Shown: positions 27,173 through 39,883 of the stretch, piece by piece
Layout of the letters: each line of letters begins with the position of its first letter
Numbering within the stretch: the first letter of the stretch is position 1
Assembly: GCF_037042905.1 (NCBI RefSeq)
Contig: NC_087251.1
Coordinates: 30,258,001 to 30,322,000, forward strand
DNA: 64,000 bases
Direction: 5' to 3'
Origin: Lytechinus pictus
Lineage: Eukaryota
The notes under the pieces: model-generated
Told to the model about the DNA's origin: nothing
What the model saw: the letters and a program-made list of their open reading frames with translations, nothing else
Database searches by the model: none
Position numbers and translations under genes: made by a program

Positions 27173-28798
27173 CTGTCTATGAGAGAGAAAGTCAAAATTT
27201 TAACAAAAATTAAATAAGGGTTTGTTTCATGAACGGATTTTGTTACTTCTGCCAACAATTTGTTCATGAAACTTCGCACATGGCTTCAGATTAATACTAT
27301 CCAAAAGGCGCGCGCACCAAAATAATCATTCGATACGGCACAGAGTGGGGCCAAGGCCTTAAACTTTCTTCTCATTTGCATAATTTTCGAATATTGTGTG
27401 CCCACTGAAGCATTAGACATCGGGATTTTTACAAAAATCAAATCAAATGAACTATGCATGGAGGTTTGTGACAGATATCCATAGTTAGCAATTGCATTTT
27501 TTCCAATAACATAAAAAAGAGCTATTCACATTCCACATGCTCATTCAAGCGTGAATGTTTAATTAAACGCATTTGAATCATTGAAGTATGTTAATTGGTC
27601 ATGAGCATAACAAAAAAACTTGAGAAAAGATCATTTCAGTTACCAAAATGAAACAATACTTGCCTATGATATTTGAAATTCGTATTTTTTGCTTTCATTA
27701 AACGTTCATTGATCCATGAAACGATGAATATTGTTGAAGATACTCTTCCCCCCAATTTTTTTTTTTTGGGGGGGGGGGTAATGAAAAGTAATAGAAATAA
27801 ATATATTCGGTGAATCAATCAAATAAATTATTCAGAAGAGAACATGGACATTGACATGGACATGGATAATTGTATTATTGCATCCTCATTTATATGAGGC
27901 AATATTTAGCTTCTAATGAATGAGATCTATAGATCCAAAGGATACACCTGCCATATAAACACATACGAATTTTTGGTTGTTGTTTTTTACTGAATGTTGA
28001 AATGAAGAAAAGGGAAAAGGTAATGTCAATGGAGATTTAACACAGTCTACCTTTTGGGGAAATCTGACTAAAGTTAATTAAAAAAAAACAGTGGGTACAT
28101 TATGTTTATCAGCTTCTTTTGCATTTAAAAACTTTTTTTTTAAAGTTTTGCGCAACGTTCAAACCATCTACATACAAACATTGTCCCTGTCCATACCGGA
28201 TCCATCGTTATATACGACTACTCCGCAACCCCTTTATTATTATTTTTTCCATCTCTGGACAAGGGCCGTGATAAAACAGATAATCATTCAAATTACAGGC
28301 TAAGCCGTATTGTAGTCATTTCTATCAATTAGTCTACATTCGTGATCTCCCCATCTAAATAGGCACGTACATCAAATTAGTCAACTTAACTAGTAATTCG
28401 GGTCCCACTTGCATGTCAGTATCAATGATCACCTGTCTAGTTTAATCGAAAAAAGGAGAAGACAGACTAGTAGGTCATGTAACGCTTTACCATGATTGTT
28501 ATTCAATTGAGAAAAGATATGTATCTTCCCCCCCCCCCTCACCTCAATCAAAATACCCTGGATCTAAACATTGTCGAGAGTGATCAAATTTGCTCCATGA
28601 TGCTTATAGATGCTCCCTTGTTTCTCAGTTTTAATCTTAAAATTAGTTATAAACCTTTCATGAAAAAAAAGAGATACGCATATCATAATATAGGCCTATC
28701 AGTGACGCCATATTACTCGATAATATATTTGAATGGATGTTTTGCAATCGCACGGTGTATTTTTAGATGAATATATATATTCTGATCACAGATTGACT

Positions 28799-29390
28799 TT
28801 AAAGGAGAATGAAACTTTTGGAGCAAGTTAGCTTTTGTGAAAGCAGAAAAATCAAAGAATAAGATCAACAAAAGTTTGAGTAAAATAGGACTAGCAATAA
28901 AAGAGTTATGAGCATTTGGATGTCGAGATCACTAATGCTATGGAGATACTCCCATTGGCAATGCGACCAAGATCTGTGATGTCACACACGTACAACTCTC
29001 CCATTTGGACACTGAAAATATACCCCAAAACATCTCTTTTTGCTCATTCTAATCATATGACAAATGATTCATCAATGATATAATGTTGTGAAACCTCTGT
29101 ACTTGTCATCTCATAATTAAGGACACCTCACCTTGTGATAGACTCTATAAAAAAGAGAATATAAGTGAAATAAGTACTAAAGTAATGAGGGAGTTGTACG
29201 TGTGTGACATCACAGATCTTGGTCGCATTGCCGATTGGAGGATCTACATGGCACTAGTGATCTCAATATTCAAATGTTCATAACTTTCTAATTATTCATT
29301 CAATCTTCCTCAAACTTTCAACAATATGTTTCTTTGATTTTTCTCTTTGATATTGATTCAGCTGGTTTCAAGGGTTTCATTCTCCTTTAA
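28799..29390. mobile_element. TTAA-flanked, largely palindromic MITE (Kolobok/T2-like)
   Basis: TTAA-AGGAGAATGAAAC ... GTTTCATTCTCCT-TTAA. Long internal inverted arms, e.g. GATCTGTGATGTCACACACGTACAACTC and its reverse complement. Confidence 0.85.
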
Positions 29391-29643
29391 AATCTAATCT
29401 GCACGTATCAGAAAGAAGTCATGGAAAAGCAACTGGGCAGATTCTGGAAGGAACATGCAATTAACATAGTCCCTGGACGATTCAGTGGTTATGACCAACT
29501 GGGATGCAAAGGGAAGAGGTTCAGAAAGTTGTGGCCATGTATGTGTATAATGCACTGTGCCAATTTTACATTTTTATTCCAAATAAAATCGAGTTATGTT
29601 TCTTTAAGATCATGGGCACAAGAGTTTCAAAATTAATAAGCAT

Positions 29644-29901
29644 TTTTTTATACCCCGTAAGTACAGGTTAATATTTTGCCACGGCTCATTACCTGATATA
29701 ATGATTGTACGTATGTGTTCAGACTCTAATTGTTTTAGTTAGTTCTGGATTATGTTACTTGTCACTTTTTTTTTCTTTTTTCTTTATCAATTTTGGTGTT
29801 TTATTTTTGTTTGTTTGTTTATGATCATGTCTAATTATGTAAATATTGTGATTTCCTGTAATTGATTATTTATGAAAACAATAAAAACATAATTAAAAAA
29901 A
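29644..29901 (+). mobile_element. 5'-truncated non-LTR retroposon tail
   Basis: AATAAA plus A-rich tail, flanked by the 13-bp direct repeat AATTAATAAGCAT (29631-29643 and 29902-29914). Confidence 0.65.
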
Positions 29902-32900
29902 AATTAATAAGCATGGTCAGTACAACTAGACATGCTAAAAAAGGAGTAAACAAAATTGTCATGTTTGAACATCTCGATATAATATTATTATTCTATATGA
30001 ATAACTTAGTGCATACATGTTTATCTGACGGCCATTAAAAGGGGCTGGACAGTCGGCTCTCGTATTTAACATAATTTGATGAAGTTAGTTTAAAGTAATT
30101 TAATACATTAAACTGCCTGAGTGTATCAATTCGAGGTCGTGTGATTGAGCAGTTTTATATTCAGGAAGAGAGCATTAAAATTGTCGAAGTTAATGTTTTT
30201 AGTCGATTGACTCAATAGAAATGCACTTTAATCACCATAAGCAGCTAATCAAGCATATTAAGTGTTAATCAAAATGGAAAATCCATTTGGATGAGATCGT
30301 ACAGTTTATGACCTGTCCGACTTGTTCAAAATAAATTTTATATTACATTAAAAAAAATCACAATATACATGTAATAACAATATTCCTAATTTAAGATTAT
30401 CATTTGATATTTCATTTCTTAGGTCCCCAAAAATTTTTATCAAGGGGATGTAAAACAAAGTAGAGGAACCAGTGGTTACTGATAATAGGGTATTTGATTG
30501 GATATGAGAAGGAAATAAGCAGGTGATTGGCCAGAGGAGCAGTACAGCAGGAAACTAAACAAAGTTGACCTCTCAAAGCACAGCATCCTAGAAATATGGG
30601 ACCCTGAAATTATGTGCGTTTGGAGCATCGCTCATGCAAAGATTTGATTATTTTAAAGGAAAACTTGCATCAATCAGCAAGATCCAAGAATATTACTGCT
30701 GTAGATGATATTTTTTCTGAATATATTCATTAACCTCAAAATAAGAATCCTTTGAGTTCTTGTATTTACTTCGTAAACAAATAATAATGACTTCATAATT
30801 AGAAATCGAAAGATTCCATTCCAGACATTTGAATAAGTTATGGGAAGGATCTAATCGATTAAAATGACTGGAATAAGTCGAGTACAGGTATCTTAAGTCA
30901 AACATTTACCATCAAGAAGAAATTTCATAACGTTTCCTGGTCTTGACTCTTGACAAGCACCTTTAAAACGTTATGATCCCATGAAATTAATTCGGAAAGG
31001 AACCAATGCACGCGCGTTAACCCCTAGAAAAGGGAAGCAGGAGGGCGATGTAAGTAATCGATAAGACTGCAGTAAACCATTAAAATATCAAAGTCAGTTA
31101 TCTTGATATCATTTGTGTTTTATTGCAAGATGTGAGAACTGGAACACGCCCAGTGTCACTATTGCTCTATTAGAGAGGATGAACATTTCGAGAAGGGGTA
31201 AAGGGGTACCCAAGCTGAAAAATAAATTTAAAATCACATCAAAATCAGACAAGGGATAAACAAAGCTATGAGATTTTAAAGTTTTGCTTTATTTCGGTGA
31301 AAGAGTTCTTTGCATTTTCTTCATGAATATGCAATGAGCATGCAGATGATATATCCCCACTTATTCTTTAGTACTTTATTATATAAATTTGTATTTATCA
31401 TTTTTTTCCACAAGAATGGATTATGATTGACAGTTATGTCATGTATGTGTAATACATTTTTTTAAGTCACTTGTTTGTTACAAGGGAGATATATCATAAA
31501 CACAATGTATGAAAATATGAAAGATAGAAAGTCGGGGCATGACACTATCAGCCCAACTATTGTATATTCATGACGGCGTGCATGTAACTTTTTTTAACTT
31601 TGAAATTCAACAACTTCATGATTTTTTTTCAGATTTTGAAGAAATTGTCAGCATTTTCTTCCATAAATTTTATTCTTTAATTGAGATACAATTATTTTCA
31701 ACCCGGAGTATCCCTGCAATGACCAATATATTAGGGGTTGCATTAATATTGATCAGACAACATTCATTAATTATGTGCCATTTAAAAAATGACAAATTTA
31801 GTTTAATGGGCTCATTCCGTTAAAATGATTATGGTGTGGTTAAAGGGTATTCTTCTTGATGTGTCTATTTCAACTTTGGATTAAATTGGCCTTCGCGCAA
31901 TAGTCTGGGTTCGGCTTGCTTCAAGACAGATTATACACAAAATATGAAAATTTAGAAAGTTGGATATATCCCCTTTTATGAGAGATCCGACCCTGAGCAA
32001 CATGGTGCATAAATCGAATCAATATATAGCAAAATACGAATGTGTTGTTCAATGGTATATTTCCAATCAGTGGGAATATACGCGTGAAAATAATTAGATT
32101 TTTAACATTTCGTCTGCGATTTAATTGAAATGCATGCACCGATCCCAGTATCGTTTGAACCCCTTTAAAACGTCATTACATGTACGAGAACAATCTCAAT
32201 TTACCTTGTAAAGAAACGGGTACCTGTAAAATGCATGATTTTGATACATTGAAATTAGCTACACTGAACCCTATTACAATGGAGACTTTGTTTATAGAGG
32301 TAGCCTGCTATCATGTTTCTATTGTGATTATGATGTCGATTTTTTTAGAGAGAGAATATTTATCTCTTCACATCATTAATGGTTATTTTTTATGTGTAAA
32401 GTTCATTTTTAGTATGTACTAACTAAGGAAGATGAAGAAAAAAAAATCATATTTTGTGCTTTAAATCAAGTTAGACAAAACTGAATAAAAAGACTGCTAA
32501 TTAAGGTTTTATTAAGATAATTTTTATCAAAAACTTAACGAAAGAAATGTGAATAGGGTGTTCTTTAAAAATGTTCAACAGATACAGCAGAAAACTATGA
32601 CTATGCCGCGTGAAAACAGATTACTTTTGTTGCAAGACACAGGCCTCCAGTATGTTTTGTTCGTCATTTTGGGACTAGGCACAGGGTAAAGACCGAAAAC
32701 AAAGACACGCTTGATCGTGGCCGTATACGCACATTTTTTTTCCAGGGGGAGGGAAGACGCATTAAAAAATCGAAAAAACTCGCAATTTTGCATTTTTCAA
32801 GTGAAAATATAGAATTTCGTCCACACTTTTGGTGAATTTTGTTAAAAAGTTTTAAGAAAAAATGTTTTCAAAATTTCCACTACGTACGGCTATGCACTTG

Positions 32901-33424
32901 AACCAGTAACATGAGAGACTAAGATCGTTGATCCAAGACAGAAATAACATCAAGAGCCTCTCTTGTTTATTATCAATGAATCGCATTACGTACGGTAACT
33001 TTCAGTGTTCTATTACTCAGTTTTCACAGGTTAGTAGAGAGAAATAACAAATCAACTATTCAGCGATTCGAAGTACTAATTTTTATGACAATTTTTATAC
33101 ATAAAATCACCCCTACGTATCATGATAACAAATCACTATCAAAATATAATACACATTATTAAAAAAATGAATGATCAAACCAGGACATTACACTCACCGG
33201 GTATCCACTTCTGTTTTTTTTTCAATCTGCAAATTTGTAAACAATCTGTAAATAACCCCACATGTGTTTGTGAAAAAGCATATCACCTCTCTACTTGAAT
33301 GTGAAATCTTGGCGAGAACAAACTTTAAATATGAAAGGGAAATCCTAAAAAGTTAGGAAGATATCTCACTTGAAACAACAAAAACTTTTTATAGCCGATG
33401 CGTGAAAGTTTGAGAAAATCGGAT

Positions 33425-33955
33425 AAATGCTTTCATTTGCACTTTTTATTTGCACCCCCCCTTATCTCCCTCTTTCTTTCCTTTGCCACTTTTCCCTCCC
33501 TATTATGATTTTGTAAGCACTTTTTTTTGTGTTACCACTGTAATTATTATTATTTGAATTACTTTCTCTTATTTTTGTTGTCGCTTATTCGTTTTATTTT
33601 GATATTTGTGGATTACTTGTTTTAAGTTTGTCTTCTGTGTCCGTCTCGAGTCTGTATAGAGTTGTATATATAGTTTGTTTATAATTAGTATTGAAACTAA
33701 GTTTAGGGGCTTGCCTTCTCTACAAGCTTTTGCTTTTCTTGGCAAGTCCCTCCGTTCATTTCTTGTTTCTTTTCGTTGATAATATTACTGAAACAAATTG
33801 TAGTTTTGTTTAATTTATATTCAACATTTGTTACGAAATTTCATTGATTTGTCTGTATTATCGATTATATTGAATATGTATTGTTACTTTGATTATATTT
33901 TGAAAAAATTGTTGAACGGAAATAAAATCTAAATCTAAATCTAAAAAAAAAAAAA
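33425..33955 (+). mobile_element. LINE-like 3' UTR fragment
   Basis: T-rich body ending in AATAA(AATCTA)3 and poly(A), inserted into a degenerate TTAA-MITE relic. Confidence 0.5.
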
Positions 33956-36544
33956 TGACAAGTAAAGTTATGACTTTTAATTGTTGTAAATGGTTGTTAA
34001 ATGGAGTTTCATATTTGCCACATTATGTATTGTCGTTTTGATGCAGGTTAGGTATGAATCCTCCAATTTCTCCAAAAAGACAATATGACCACAATTTCCC
34101 AATTGAATGTTTTACTCAGAATGATATATATTCCTTTAATGAAGGACTAAATCAGGGTGCTTTCTTTTCCAAATATAATCATTTAACTTGATATTGAAAA
34201 TGGAAGGGTGGGTGAAGTCACTTTCCCCCGATCATTATTATGCTTAAAAATATCAGTAATTTGAATCGTCGTTAAATATCCTAAAAACCAGAGGAAAAAA
34301 CACAATCGATTTAATGTATTGAAGCGTTTAATTTGCAAAATTGAAATGGCTGCATGCATGGTTAATTTATCCCGTATTATAGTTTTAACTCTACATAATT
34401 ATGACATTGATGATTATACAAACAAACCACCCGAAACTGAGGGTGGGATGAGGTATATACATAGTTTTTTTGCAACAGGTCTCTGTGTGTGGATTTTGAT
34501 TGTTTCTATGATTTAGTTTGAATATCGTTCTATTGATGATACATAATTAGTCGGTTCTTTGATGATTTTAGGAGATAGGCAAGAGGGGTTTAGTAATGTC
34601 ATAAACTCTCTGAAAATAACTAAAATTCTTTTTAAAAAGAGGGGGTGGCAAGAAGTAGAAGTAAAAGGAGTGGATATATATGAAAGGGATGCCCTGCAAA
34701 ATAATATTTGTCAAAACTGTCCAGTAGTCCAGCTTGTGGCTTAGGTCACTTTGACCGTTAGGTGGTGCATGGAAGATGGCTGTTTCGATTTCGGAATTGT
34801 TCGGGGATAATATCAATTTCTGTTGTACTTAACACCCACCGTTGGTAGGCCTATTTTCGGACCCCCACTGTGAAGGGGCACTTTCCCCGAACCCCAGCTG
34901 TGCCTCCCATGTATACGTATGCGCCTCTTGTTTTCAGAAAAAAAAACAAGAACAAACCACCATGCACTTAAAGTGGCATCCCGCTGGTATTGGAATTCTG
35001 AATTTACTTTGCCAACTCCAAGACCCCAAGACCTTTAAACCACGTTCAAGGTGGGAGAAACAAATACCGCGCCCGGTCACTAGACACTATATTGCCCATA
35101 ATTCTGATGTCTGGTTTAACTTAGACCATGGTCTATCTCTGACTTAAAATCATGCATGAGAGGCCGAAAATGTCAATTTTTACATTGATTGTTTGTTGTC
35201 GTTTTTTTCGTTGACATTGATCGCTTCTTTTGTTTACTTTGCTCTTTCCCCATGTTTTAATAGTGAATAAAAACAATTTTATCTTATAATCCTTGACAGA
35301 TATAAATAATTTTGTGTGTCAACTGAGCTGATAAAACTAGAATCTGTACTGTGAAATGTTGTTTCACAGTTGCGCTCTTAAGCCTGAATTCAGAATACAT
35401 AAGCCCCTCTGAAGAACATGGCGGGAAGCAAGAATGAATTAATATATATATATATAAAATAAATCATAAAGTACCATCTTGACTATAGACCATTACTTAG
35501 TCATAATAAGATCATTCGTAGACATATAGCACCAGTATCATGTATTGGAATGTTTGATTATCGCAATTTTATTGACATGGTTGATCATGTTTGTTGTTAG
35601 CTACCATGACTATAGAAGATATAATAATAATTCCATATCAGTCTGGTTTATAGCGCAGACTTTAACCAGATAACATTTATGAAAGATACGATAATGGATA
35701 TAGCTTGTATTTTAATGTTATTTTGCTTTGCAGTGGTTTTGTTTTAATATTATGTAATATTCAATCAAAATAATGATATATGAGGTCAAACAATGCGTGT
35801 ATTTATTTGGAATCAATGTTACCAAAGTATTTTTTTTTAAACAAAGTATTAATTTCGATGTAACAGCATTTATTGCCGATTTTTCTGACTGCAGAAAATG
35901 GTTACAACGAATATGCAGAAAAAAGCCTTACAAAGTGATGAACTTTCAAACTCTAGACCACCTCTAATCTTTCGACATTTGAAGTTTCAATACTTTACAC
36001 TACAGATAATATTTACATCAGATAAAAGGTGACCTATGAGACTGTTATGTTGTCTAATTTTTTTGTGTGGTGCTGCCACAGAATGTATTCTTGTGTACGT
36101 TGAGTTTTATATCGATGACTATCATTATGGATTTATTGAAACCCGATTTGTATTGAAAGACCTAGTTTACTTTATCTTGCACTATTATATTGACTCCTAT
36201 AAGTCATTGTTTCGTTTCCTACGATCAATGATTGAGATATATTTCTGTTAAACTGCAGAGGCCACATTTCATGCATCATCTATCATCAATTCATGTGCCC
36301 GAGGATATGTTATTGAGATTGAACTCTGTCGTGGTTTGACTTCATTCTTCTCATGAATAGAAATCATTCAATCAGTGTGAACTGTTTAAAAAAAGTCATT
36401 TTCATAATCAAACAAAACGAATGAGTTTGATTTATTAACCTCGCCTAAAAGTAAGGTGCACCGATTTTGCATTTATTTGCACGACATAGATTTTATGAAT
36501 AGTGTGAAGGCAGCATCCCATACTCTCACAAACACGTATTTTCC

Positions 36545-37016
36545 TTGTTTGTTTGTTTGTATGTTTGTATTTATTTCCATAATAAACCCCCAAAAACGCA
36601 ACATCAGGTAAAACAATTATGGAAACCCGAGATACAATTGAATATTGGATTCAACGGACTGAATCATTGAACTAGACAACAAATGGATTGGTAGCCCCCC
36701 CCCCCCACCCCTATACAAAAATGCCAATTTACAGCTATTTGACTTTGGTTTTGGGAGACTAAGGTGATTTTCTGTACGCAGAGAGTAAGGGTATGATTTA
36801 CGAGAAAATTGTGTATTCATATATAATCAGGTGAAAGGACCCCATGGAAGAACAGTGGTATTTTATTAATACCGCTGAAATGGGCCATCCTCTATATGAT
36901 CTGTACGTTATGTTAAATTGAGCATGTATATATTTTATTTTTATATGGAAATAAATACAAACAAACAAACAAACAGGTGCAAAATTATTCAAAACTTTAA
37001 ACATCATTACGTACAT
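36545..37016 (-). mobile_element. Decayed LINE (CR1/L2-like) 3' fragment interrupted by a second retroposon tail
   Basis: Remnant peptides MFKVLNNFAP and YSLRTENHLSLPKPKSNSCKLAFLYRG resemble LINE ORF2 C-termini. AATAAA(CAAA)n tails. Insertion 36834-36973 is flanked by CAGGTG direct repeats. Confidence 0.6.
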
Positions 37017-38871
37017 ATATTCATTTTGCCGAGTACTTAAAGTCTTCCATTTCAGAATATCATGGATATACTAGGATGACGTATGCAAATATGGATCAAT
37101 TTCCAGAATAATTCTTCCTGCATGATTTTGTAGCTTTTGCAATAAATTCAAATATTTTGTTTAGCCCTCTCAATTTAAGATCTCTTGCCATATTACTTTT
37201 TAATCAAGACATGAAAGGAAATCATTAGACTGATTTTTCAATGACTACATTATCTGGTAATTCAACTCTTGGAATACCAAACTCATTTTAAAGATTAGAA
37301 TCATAGATTTGGGAGAGAGTGTGAAGGAAAAAAGGCCAGGTCAATATTGAAAGAGGACCATGAACTTTGTAAATTAGATGAGAACATCCAATGGTTTTAT
37401 GATATTATTTATTTGCGTACATAAGGAGCGTGAGGCCATGTCCCCTAATTTTCCCCACTAACAAGAGAAATGAGAAAATTGCAGAAAAAAGAAGTGTGAG
37501 ATTTCTTAATTTTTTTTTCTTTATCTGAATATCATGCCAAAATATATCACTAAATTAGATTTTAAATGTTATTTCTAAGTTCAAAATTTTGGCTGGCTCG
37601 CTAGAATTTTAAGAAATTATGTCACACACGTCATGCTGTGCCCCCTCAAATCTCTCGGACTCTTCTCATCACGCCACTGATATTATCGATACAATTCAGG
37701 TTATCAATGTTCAAATGAATGAGGGGTTAGAAAAACAGACTGATGGCAATCATTTAGCGCTGAAGATATTATCGGGAACGTTGATGTATTTTTTTCAATA
37801 TTATCTGAGGTTGTGATCGTGTGAAATGGGCTCATGAGTTCGTGAGTCGAATTATGACAAGATTATCATTTTGATCTTTGATTTGTAAAAAAAAAAATCG
37901 TTTATGCACCTTGAGCTAGATATTACCCTCCATATTAATAAAGTACAGAGTCTACTGCAACCAACACACAATTCAAACCTTATGCATAATTTGTATAGAT
38001 ATTTCTTTCCATGAGTATTTTATGTTGAAGTTGATTGCATTTATGAATTATGATTTACTGTTTTGATTGCTTACCAACCATACGCTTTCAATGATGATGT
38101 AAACAACTTCCTAAACTCTTGAACATTAGCAATATGTTCAACAATGATTAACAATTTCATTCGCTTTTAATTTCAAGTAATAAAATCAAATGAGATGTAC
38201 ATTTTAGATTGAATTTTTCATGCACAGTATGATTTTTTTTTTCTTCCAAATTGATTCGGAAAGTGATAAACTTAAGGCGGGGACTAACTGGAAATGTCTT
38301 AACTAGACATTGTCCCAGGCGTGCTTCCAAGAGAAGGTTGAAACAATTCAAAACATTGGACCCGGATACATGATTCTATTCAATTCAACCCAAACTATAT
38401 ACAGCCTGCAATCTATGGGTGCTGGACATCCGTGTCGATACAATCTTCCATCTTATCATCCATGTTAAGTCAGCATTGCATTGTGGTTGAATGTATGAAT
38501 TTAGATGCGTTGTACTTTATTATGTAATGTCGCAATCAACTATAGGCATACCCTCATTTGTAAGCCCATCCCTTACTCATATTTATATTGAGCGTATACA
38601 AAATAGCTTTCATTTTCATGAGGTAAAAGGACTATATCTATCGATATCATGCATCAAGCTGACCATCATTACTTATCGTGCTCATAACAAATGAGAATGA
38701 GATACAATAGCAGACCTACGGCAGACATGATTGTATAGTTTTAAAAGCACCATGACTATAGATATGAAACAAATTTAAAGGGCTAAAACTAACTTCAATT
38801 AGTTTTGAAAGCGATATGCATCTGATTACATAGTTTTGAAAGCACTATATGACTAGGTTATATGATCCTAC

Positions 38872-39883
38872 CTCTCCATGGCATATCCATCTGCAGTGAT
38901 AATCTTCTGAACTCCGTTGATAACTTATTCGACCTTGGTGATACCAACGTTGACGTTGATGACAGTCCCACCGAACTCCTTCTTAACACCGGGGCGTGTC
39001 CATTACCATGGTTACTACTACCAGTCGGAGTCGACGTCGAAACTTGAGGCGGGTGACGCCCTTTATAGGATGACTTGGTAACCGCATCATAGTCCCCAGT
39101 ACCCACACCCATCACGCTCCATCTCCAACTGGGGCTACTACCCCCATTTTGAGATTTCTTTGGGCGTCTTACAACTGTCTTGATCCCCGAGTAGGTTTCC
39201 AGTTCCTCGACGGGGCTAATTGGACTGAGGCTCCGAGGAGATGGCTGGATGTTATCATCCCCGCGAATGGCATTGCTCCTCTGAAGAGGTGGTTTGTTAC
39301 GAGGTGATGAGGAGGATGATGAGGAGGAGGAGTTCCTGTCAGCGTCAGATTCTTCCGATGAACACGCATCTTCCATGTTTTCTGAGATGCTGCTACAAGC
39401 GCTGCTGCTTGATCTCACCAGACTACGGCGGTTGTACCGTAATTTATCTTTCGTAGGTGAGCTGAAATGCAGATTGTTATTATTGCTGCTCAAATCCTCA
39501 AACTTATCCCTCATTTGGCTTACTCCCGATTCCAAGGCATCCAAGTCCAAATGCACTTCTGATCTTCCCTTATCACTCATGTTGGTTGGTGAAGACCGGT
39601 GAGATCCTCTCCTATCAAGTTCCATCATGTCGTTGGATGATGATGATGAACTCAACGATGAGTTAGGAGAGCTCTCAGGACTGCTGAATGGGCTATAGCT
39701 TTCACTAGAACTATTTCTGCAGTCGCTGGTTTTGCTGGTGGCACTACTGATCGATAAAGTCCTTGCATCACGCACCGTCACGGATGGCAGCTGATGAAAA
39801 TCGTTCTGGCCACACGTTGACTCATTGTCGACAACCGTTTCTTGGTTTGGTGTTAAATCACAACCATCCTGACACGAAGCCAT
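38872..39883 (-). CDS. Uncharacterised Ser-rich, low-complexity protein, coding exon 1 of 2
   Basis: About 1 kb of open frame, GC-rich against an AT-rich background. First ATG at 39883 (the ORF track starts upstream at a TTG). Phase-1 donor GTAGGA at 38871 after ...MDMPWR-G. Confidence 0.82.

Noticed and set aside
39169..39602. Alternative-frame and antisense ORFs over the Ser-rich exon
   Set aside because: Shadow ORFs of a low-complexity coding exon.
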